From: Dimorphilus gyrociliatus
Lineage: Eukaryota; Animalia; Annelida
NCBI GenBank assembly: GCA_904063045.1
Contig: CAJFCJ010000069.1
Span: 1-58,096, forward strand
Direction of reading: 5' to 3'
Length of the DNA: 58,096 nt
The position numbers were made by a program, and so were the translations under genes. Shown here piece after piece: positions 50,001-58,096 of this stretch; positions within the stretch are counted from its first letter, which is position 1; each line of letters opens with the position of its first letter. A model generated the notes under the pieces. That model did not search any database, had not been told where the DNA came from, and saw nothing but the letters and a program-made list of their open reading frames with translations.

Positions 50001-51235
50001 GTGTTAATTTTGCTACTATAATAGCAGAGACAACGACGATTTTGACACCTAGGGTACTAAATATTCTAAAAGCTATTGTATATATAAATGATTTCAAAAG
50101 TTTCAACATTTCTTTTCTTCTCAGGGCAATAAGATTTTGAAAGAAGTATTTTTCCCAAACATGAATTTTTATAGTTTTAATCCCAGATAAAATTTCATTC
50201 ATGAAATGTATTCTTTTGTCAGTTTTAGAGGCAATCTTTGATCTCATTAAGCCTTGCTTATAAGCCATATATGTCTGAAATATGCAAGTACCACAAATCA
50301 TTACAAAGCAAGTAAATCCTGTAGGAAAACCATGAAGAATTCCAACTATAAGTGAAGTTGAGATTATAGCAACTATGGAACCAACGGCCATGGCAACATA
50401 TAGAATAGCATATGGAATTTTTTCTAGATCAGTAGAGAAAACTGCCATAATTTTCCCTGAACTTATTTTCAGTAAGCATTCATAATCAATAGTTAAAATC
50501 TTTTCGAAAATACAGCATCCCAGAGCAGACTTTATTGCAAGACCACACTTTGTTAATGCGATAAAAACAAAGTTAAGGACAATACTTTCACCCAATGAAC
50601 AGAATGCTGTTTAATTAATAATATTTGAGAGATTTTTTGTATATTTATTTACAAAAAGTAATAGCTAACCTATAATTAATACTATTGCATAGCTTTTTCC
50701 ATTTGCATTTTTCATAAGTTCATTCAGTAGATCGTACACTAAAAATGGAACAGCAAATCTGGTGATTTGCTTTTAAAAAAGAGAACCTCTTTTGTTAATA
50801 GGTCAATTCATTTAAAAAATATTATAATGCTTGATACTAACAACTAGCAATCTGATAAGTGTTAGAAAAAAAACTGTTCCTTTAACCTTGTCGAATATGA
50901 TTCTGAATAAGTGAAATTTTCGAGAGAAAGATAATTCTTTCATATCACTTGAATTGTAAAAAATAAAGAAAAAAATTAGGTTTTATCCTTTTCTTTTATT
51001 AAAAACTTACTTTTTAATATTTTTGTGCCAAATTTCTGCATCCAGTGATTTCAATCTTTCAAATTCATCTAATCTATTAACCCAATCTTTACCTTTCATT
51101 AGATAATATACCCAACTGTTATTTTTGGAATTAAGAAGAAATATTTTAGTTTATGAATTTTTTCAATAGAATACTTAACGTTACTAATAATTTTGAAATA
51201 CAAGATGCGGTGGTTTCTGGATGTGGCTTTTTCAT
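47080..51235 (-). CDS. ABCC4/MRP4-like full ABC transporter (TMD1-NBD1-TMD2-NBD2, no TMD0); multi-exon
   Basis: Start exon MKKPHPETTASCISKLLV. NBD1 GKTGSGKST, LSGGQKSRICLARAVY, ILDDPLSALD; NBD2 VGRTGAGKSS, IPQDPVLFSGTIRSNLDP, LSIGERQLICLARALL, IDEATANVD. Confidence 0.92.
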
Positions 51236-53033
51236 TGTCTATTGAAAACAACAATCTTTTTTCCTGTCAGTGAAAATCTATTGTTTGAAGCTGGTCAACT
51301 AAGTTAACAGTATTGGTTCTTCTCTGAAACAAATGTATGGGTATGGTATACTATGAATTTCAACTGCTATTAAATAATTGCTATTCATATCAAGTCTATC
51401 ACAGATAACTCACTTTCTTTTATTTAAACTTTTTTTAAATGGGCATATAGTTGAATATAACGAAATTATAAGATTTAATACTTTAAATACTCCAATTGGG
51501 CTCTATTATATTAATATCTGGGTTATTTGCAGGCTGGCTGTCTATGTTTTTATTCAGATACATCATTCATTTTTTTGATGTACGACAACTGTCTCCATTC
51601 TCTTGTAATTTGTATATATTTATCAACCTAGGAGAGGCTTTCCACAATCCTTTATCTCCGTTACGCTTGATATACCTAAACACCTTATAACAGGGAAACT
51701 GCTCACTAATGTTTGTAAGTTTATTCTCTCTTATTATTAGTTTATTTAGTTCGTTAAAAAACGATTATTTCGATGTTTGATATAGAAATATATGAAAATA
51801 ATGTTGGAAACTTACTTATAATCTTCTAATAATCTCAGCAGTCGAAAAGAAATGGAGGGAAATACAGAAGAAAATTTCACTATTATATTCATATGATGAA
51901 TGAAAAACTTTTCAGTACTAAAAGCCACAGCTTGAATATCTAGTTTAAGGTGAATTGGAAGTAAAAGCCAGTCTATTGTATACTATACAGTATATATACA
52001 ATTATATGTGACATATTAGAAAGTTTTACAATACTAAAAACGTCTAAAGAATCATTGAACTATTCATTTTTATTTAAAAAATAAATAATAAATATTTAAT
52101 ATCCATAAAAATTTTACACTCGGGTATTTTCAATAGGGAAACTTCTAACACCTTGGTCTTTAGCTGATTATCATAACACTTCATTATTCACACAATATTT
52201 AAAAAAATTCAAAGATTTTGAATAGTTCTTACAATATATAATTATTATTTTAGCTATACGATAGTCTACTTGTTACGCTTTGAAAATCTCTACTGCTGCC
52301 GGTGTTTTACAACCGATATTTACCGAAAATATATATTCTAGTTTATAAAGAAAACAAGCTGGAATAATCAAGGATTTTCGTTATTATCAACTTCTATTCT
52401 TAGATGTCTATAAACAATATGATTCGGAATTTTTTCGATTTGCGAAAGTGTGACTCCCTTTATCCGAGAGACATACGTCATCACCCCCAAACCAGCTATG
52501 TACCCTGGCCCGCTTTATATTATTATTAATACAAATATTCTTCAAATAGGAAGAGAAGAGGATAGACACTATATAAATATACTTGTTTTTTCCAATTATT
52601 GAGTCAAATTAGAAGAAAAGTATGTCTTAGACAAATACACGCCAATTTAAATATTCTGCCTATATAGTTTGGTCGTTTTTCTTTGTATCTAACTTACATT
52701 TTTTCCTATGAACATACATAATGAATAAGACAATTGAATTTTTCCAAAGAAATTAGGCAGACAAATATTTAATAAGTATATATTATTTATAAACTTATTG
52801 TACATTCTTGTACACAAATACACGCCATTTATTGTATTTTTTTTCAAATAAATAAGTTATTAAATTGGGAAATTTTCGAGAAAACTATCCAATTATTCAA
52901 TAATTTCCTTTTCTTTTTATGAAAGATACATCTATTTTCAGTATTTCATTTATAAAAATAAAACAGTTGATCAATTAAACCGCATTTTACTCATTTAATT
53001 CCTGCTCTTGAATGCAACTTGTTTATAAAGAAG

Positions 53034-56000
53034 ATGGTGATATATTGCATATTTTCCTTAATCTTTCTTATTCAATCAACAGGTAAGCCTCTTCTTTTAA
53101 AAAATCTTTGATGTTTTCTTCTTCAACTATCGCCGAAATGCAGATGCTATTTGCTCTTCTAATGATAATTGCTTGGCCAATGGTCAATGTATAAATGGAA
53201 ATTGCGAATGTGACTATCCATTTAATAATGAAGCTTGTAATATGGGTAATTGGTTTATATTGTCTATACGCTTGCTCTTAATTAACTCTTTGCTATATAG
53301 GAGCTAAATACTATTACGAGGAGGGAATTTCCGATGGAGATATTATTGCAGTTTTTCCGTCTCTCAATTCAACTGAAGAATGTCTCGAAAAATGTCAAAG
53401 TAAACCGGAATGTATTACCATTGGTATAGGAGTTCGAAATAATACAACAGTCTATTGTTCACTGAAGGAAAATACAAAATTTCCCATTAAAACATTCACA
53501 GCCTTTGACAATATAACAAAATTTTATACATTTCTATCTAAAGGTTGTTTATTTCTTTTAGACTATAAAGTGTCTAAATAAATACTCTGATTGTATTTTT
53601 CTCTTGAAAACAGATTCAGAATTATCACTTTGCGGACAAGAAAATGTACAGAATTATCTCATAAAAGTGTGTCTTCAATATCTATGGTTAACAGCCACTC
53701 ATTGCTCATTAAATGGATTTGAAAAGCTTTACAGTCAACAATATTATTTATTTAACAAATACTCAACACCTGCTGCTCTAAAATCAGAAATGAAACAGAA
53801 AATTAATTCGAATATAGCAGCCGAAAAACATCACACACAAGCCGAACGCAGAAACTTATGCTACGGTTTCATATCTCGTGGAGAGTATAATGTAGCGTTA
53901 AATAAAAAAGTTTCGTCTTTCAATGGTTTAACTGAAGAACCACGCCACATTTATGACAAAAAACATTTGGTTGATGGTATTACTCATGCTGATTATTTGT
54001 CAGGTGGATGTACACATATGAATCCTGTTTATTATGACCATAAAATACGGCTATTTGTTGATTTAGAAAGAGATTATATTGTCAATTCAGTTGTCCTCTA
54101 TAGCTCAAAAAAGCTAAGTGTGTACAAATATCATTTACTTGTCTTACACAGGTGTTTCGAATATACTTGCACATATTTACATATTTCAGCTTGGGATCAA
54201 CATGTCGAAATATACATGTTGAAGGATAAACCAAATAACGTTGTTTTTCAACCGTTCGATGGGGAAAGATGTGACTATTCAATATATGTAAAGTCCAGAG
54301 GAGAGAAAACAAAGATAACTTGTAAATATAACATAGAAGCTGGGCGTTATGTGACATTGGTAACGTGGAACCAAATTTTTCTATGTGAACTTGAAGTCTA
54401 TACGAGTAAGTAAGGGTGAGAGGGAGAGAGGAAATCGGGAGGAAAATTCAATTTTGTTTATATTTTACAGACGATTTAGCTCTTAACACTCAAGTTGCAT
54501 CGTCCAGCGTAAAGGATATAAATAGCTATCCCGGCTTTGCTGTCCTAGAAGATTCATCTAGATATGATTTTCAATCATTAGATGAGCAAGATTCTTGGAT
54601 GAGTGTCTACTTGAAGGCGAAATATTTAATCTATTGGCTGGAATTATTTAAACTAGAATTAAAGAAATTTAAAGTCTATACAATCAATCGAAACTTTCTA
54701 ATTGATCAAAGTTTTCAAAATGACGAATTGTCGTATTCTAATGAAAATGCAAACAAAGTTAATACAAATCATCTTGTTATACCGTGCACGAAAATTTTAT
54801 CTGGGGTTTTTGTTGCATTAAAATCATCGGAAGGCTTCATGTTAAGAAAACTGGAAATATATGGCTTTTACGAAGGAGAAACTGGTACTTGGGCCAAATT
54901 CATAATTTTATTTATAATAATTGCTAAAAATTTGTTTGGTTTTCTTTTGTTTTTTAGATATTGAAAATTTTGCTTATGGCAAACCAGTTTGGATTCCTTC
55001 AATGGACCAAAATTCATTCGCCTATTATGTAACGGAAGGATTTAGTGAGCACTCATTAACAGCTATTGCTACACTTGATAAATGGATGATAATTGATTTA
55101 TTAAAGTTGTATCGAATTGATCAAATTGCAATTCAGATGAGATCGTCGAAAGAAAGTAAAAAAAATTAAATTTTAGTTTAAAAAATGAAAAAATGAAAAA
55201 ATTTTTTCTTTCAGTTCAAGATGTTGAAAGATATTCGAATTACTTCAAATTCTACTATAAGAGGGAAGACATAAACATATCTGACAATGGCATTGATGAT
55301 ACTACTACAGCTATAAATTCTGCAACAGTTGCTGCTGACACTACTTATAATGATGATATTACTACTGTTACTAACCACAGCACTCCTGAGAGTTACACTG
55401 CTATTAGTAGTAATACTAAGACTTCTGCTCCTGTTGCTAGTACCGATAATAGTCCGACTACTGGTACTAGTAATACGCATAAAAATCCTATTAATATACA
55501 GAATCTTAGTGTACCACCTCTCAAACAACAGAATGCAAATGGCAGCAATAATATTAATACTGTTTCCACTGTCACTCCAGCTTCTACTCCTGCTTCTTTC
55601 CCTGCTTCTTCCTCTGCTAGAACTACTAATATAATTAATACTAAAACTATTACTACTTCTACAAATACAAGTACAGCTGATTCTATTACTAGTGTTAGTA
55701 TCAATGATGGTGATATTAGTAGTAGTAATACTGATTTTGCTGTCAGTGCTACTACTGCTACTACTGCTACTACTGCTACTTATGGTAGTACTGCTGATTA
55801 CAGTAGTGGAAATGATGAGATTAAATCCGATTGTCAAATTATTAGTAATATTCATGCAAATAGATATGGACGCTTGTTAGTATGGAGTTGTCTCCAAAAA
55901 GTGAATATTGGTAGATTTGTTTTGATACAAAATTTCAAAGGAAAACCCTTAGAAATGCGACAAGTTTACGTTTTTGGTGGAAATGCTAATACCGAGTATC

Positions 56001-56986
56001 CGTTGAAAAATATTCCTTTGACTAGCGCGTCAACAGTAGGCAATTTTGATTATGATAAATCACCTTTGAAAGCCATTGATGGACATTTTACGAAATATTC
56101 TACACCCAATCTATTATATTCCTGTACAACTGTAACGCCAGCTGTAAAGTTATTAATTCATTTTGATAAACTTTCATACGTTAAACAAGTACTAATTCAG
56201 CCGAGACAAGACCAAGCCAATATTATAAATATTAATGTTAATATTGAGAGTAAAAGTGGAAGTTTAAAACTACTCTGCTCAAATTTTACTTCGTCGACGA
56301 TCGTAAATTATCTTATTCAAGTAAATTGTTCAATAGCTTTATATGGAGATCAATTATCTATTGAACAAATTTACACTATTCATTCTCATGATATTGATAT
56401 TTGTGAAGTGAAAGTGTTTAAATTCGATTCGTATGGTAAGTGTATATTACATTAAAAAAGGAGCAGGAAAAATACGTCAAATGAGGGTAAAATCTTCGGT
56501 TAGGTCAAGGCACTTTTAGGCCTAGTAGCAACCAGACATTTACCACCTACAAATTATGTTGGTGATAAACACAAGTCTAAACCTCCATCAATAGTTAAAT
56601 AATTATTTTTAGGGTAAAATCAAGCGTTTTCTCCTGCATCCAAATGGTAACACATTCAAAGAGATATTTTCTATCTTCTCTATCTTTTCCTTTCTTTAAC
56701 AGAAAAAGATATATCGAAGAAATGCATAAATAATGATAAAAGAAGATTAGCATTGTCCAGAAAATTTCAATCGCCTTCAAACGAGGATTGCCTTATTTAT
56801 GCCAATATAAATACATTTGACAAATGCGTAGAATTTTGGAAAAACACACAACACGAATTATTCACCTATGACTTTAAACATAAAACTTGTTGTACACACA
56901 ATCCGAATTCTACCATTCTTAGTAATCTATTAAGTCACTCTATTATTGGACACTTTGTATGTGTTAATGGAAATTATACATGTTAG
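53034..56986 (+). CDS. Secreted EGF + PAN + about 4 FTLD + PAN protein, paralog C, with a Ser/Thr-rich insert; multi-exon
   Basis: Signal exon MVIYCIFSLIFLIQST followed by gtaagc. EGF CSSNDNCLANGQCINGNCECDYPFNNEAC; YNVALNK..HLVDG..GGCTH; ENFAYGKPVW; FDYDKSPLKAIDG; terminal PAN in 56753-56986. Confidence 0.87.
55292..55817 (+). repeat. Low-complexity (ACT/GCT/AGT-rich) coding tract encoding a mucin-like Thr/Ser/Ala linker
   Basis: DTTTAINSATVAADTT...TATTATTAT inside ORF 55193-56455; absent from paralogs A and B. Confidence 0.85.
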
Positions 56987-56987
56987 A

Positions 56988-57007
56988 GAAAGAGAGAGAG
57001 AGAGAGA
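56988..57007. repeat. (AG)n microsatellite
   Basis: AG run immediately after the stop codon of paralog C. Confidence 0.8.
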
Positions 57008-57544
57008 TGATAAGTTTGAGACGGCAGCGAATGATATTAACAGAAAACTTATCTCTTTCCTTTTAAGAACAAAGTTTTGCCACTCACCCTCTTGTTTTCT
57101 CTCTCTCTCTCTCTTCTAATCTAACTCTTATTGGACCTCAAATTGCAATGAATGTAAACATTATCTATCCATAATTGTTAATATAGAAATGTAAATATTT
57201 ATTTTATAAATAAATAACAACATTTTGTTTCTGAACAAAACAGTAATGCCTTTGAAATTGGTAAGTAGAGGCACTCTGAACATTTTCTTACTGTGGGGAA
57301 AAAATGTCAGCTTCGGACACTGTAGTAGAATATTTTTTGTAACGGAATCGTTTTCGACGAATTGCTATGGTTCATTTCATTTAGCAGATATAAAAGATAT
57401 ATTGTTAGAGTAGGCTATGTATTAAAATTTGTGTAGTTGTAGTGTTATTTTTTGTATTTTGATGAGGTTTAAGTTGTTATCGTCTTCTCTCAATCTCTCA
57501 CTTCCCATAGAGAATTACCTTCCCATTCTATATCATCTAAGAGC

Positions 57545-58096
57545 ATGGATTTAGCAAAAAACAGAGAAGAACGAGTAGATAGGATGAATGCAAAAGGGGA
57601 AAGGTGTGGGATGTTTATTTTCTACAAAAGATTAAAAAAATGCTCAAATTTCCTTACGGAAATTACATTTAAAAATTGTAATTTGAATGAGAAACAGTGC
57701 TTAGCCATTGGTCAGTTGTTGTTGGAATGTTGCCAAATAAACATGGTAAATCTCTCTAGAAATAAGATGATTGGAGAAGGATGGTTGCATATTTGTAAAG
57801 GATTAGAGAGTTCAGCTGATAGCTTAAAAGAGTTAAATTTCAAGCATTGCAACTTAAATATAAATCAGTGTCACTTCATTGAAGAATTATTGAAAAGTTG
57901 TTCCAAAATTGAAAGGATTAATCTATTTGAAAATGAAAATATGAGAAGTGGTTTTTCAAAAATTTGTACACAGCTGGAAAATTCTTCGAATAGTTTAAAA
58001 TCAATTAATTTTGGGAAATGTCACCTAGACATAAATATGTCAGTATCAGTAGTAAATCTAGTAAAGAAATGCAACAAAATTGAAAGAATAGACTTA
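57545..58096 (+). CDS. RI-type LRR protein, 5' part (runs off the window end)
   Basis: Open frame from ATG 57545: MDLAKNREER..LTEITFKNCNLNEKQCLAIGQLLLECCQINMVNLSRNKMIGEGWLHICKGLESSADSLKELNFKHCNL; same 28/29 unit as 20783-22711. Confidence 0.85.
   Translation, partial: MDLAKNREERVDRMNAKGERCGMFIFYKRLKKCSNFLTEITFKNCNLNEKQCLAIGQLLLECCQINMVNLSRNKMIGEGWLHICKGLESSADSLKELNFKHCNLNINQCHFIEELLKSCSKIERINLFENENMRSGFSKICTQLENSSNSLKSINFGKCHLDINMSVSVVNLVKKCNKIERIDL

Noticed and set aside
52631-52826. Direct repeat acaaatacacgcca, two copies upstream of paralog C
   Set aside because: Only two copies and not seen upstream of paralogs A or B.
55211-55880. Several alternative-frame and antisense ORFs (poly-Leu, Ser, Val)
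   Set aside because: By-products of the stop-poor triplet tract.
1-58096. CRISPR arrays, tRNA or rRNA genes, prokaryotic operons
   Set aside because: The DNA is intron-containing and eukaryotic; no repeat-spacer array or tRNA/rRNA signature was seen. The 171-bp periodicity at 20.8-22.7 kb is explained by LRR coding.

Overview
This is AT-rich (roughly 70% by eye) eukaryotic animal DNA with very short GT-AG introns, mostly about 50-70 nt. The gene families present (GRL101-type LGRs, F-type lectin/PAN proteins, multi-C1q proteins, an earthworm-fibrinolytic-like protease) suggest a compact-genome lophotrochozoan, possibly an annelid; this is inference only. The window is a birth-and-death region. 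It holds two LDLa-LRR-7TM receptor genes plus a remnant of a third, three paralogous EGF-PAN-4xFTLD-PAN genes, a head-to-head pair of triple-C1q genes, three RI-type LRR loci, an intronless class A GPCR and an ABCC4-like transporter. It also holds several gene remnants (serine protease, Cys-loop channel, Caspr-type fibrinogen-like domain, PAN proteins) and DNA-transposon relics (MULE, mariner, two Tc1, two MITE families). Two observations stand out. (1) Both LGR receptors continue past TM7, through in-phase canonical introns, into a degenerate protein-kinase-like tail. (2) Two U1 snRNA genes sit in identical 609-bp inverted arms (4731-5339 and 11442-12050) that enclose a MULE transposase relic and are flanked by a 7/9-matching 9-bp direct repeat, resembling a U1-carrying Mutator/foldback element. 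Multi-exon genes are given as whole spans, and exon calls were made by eye.
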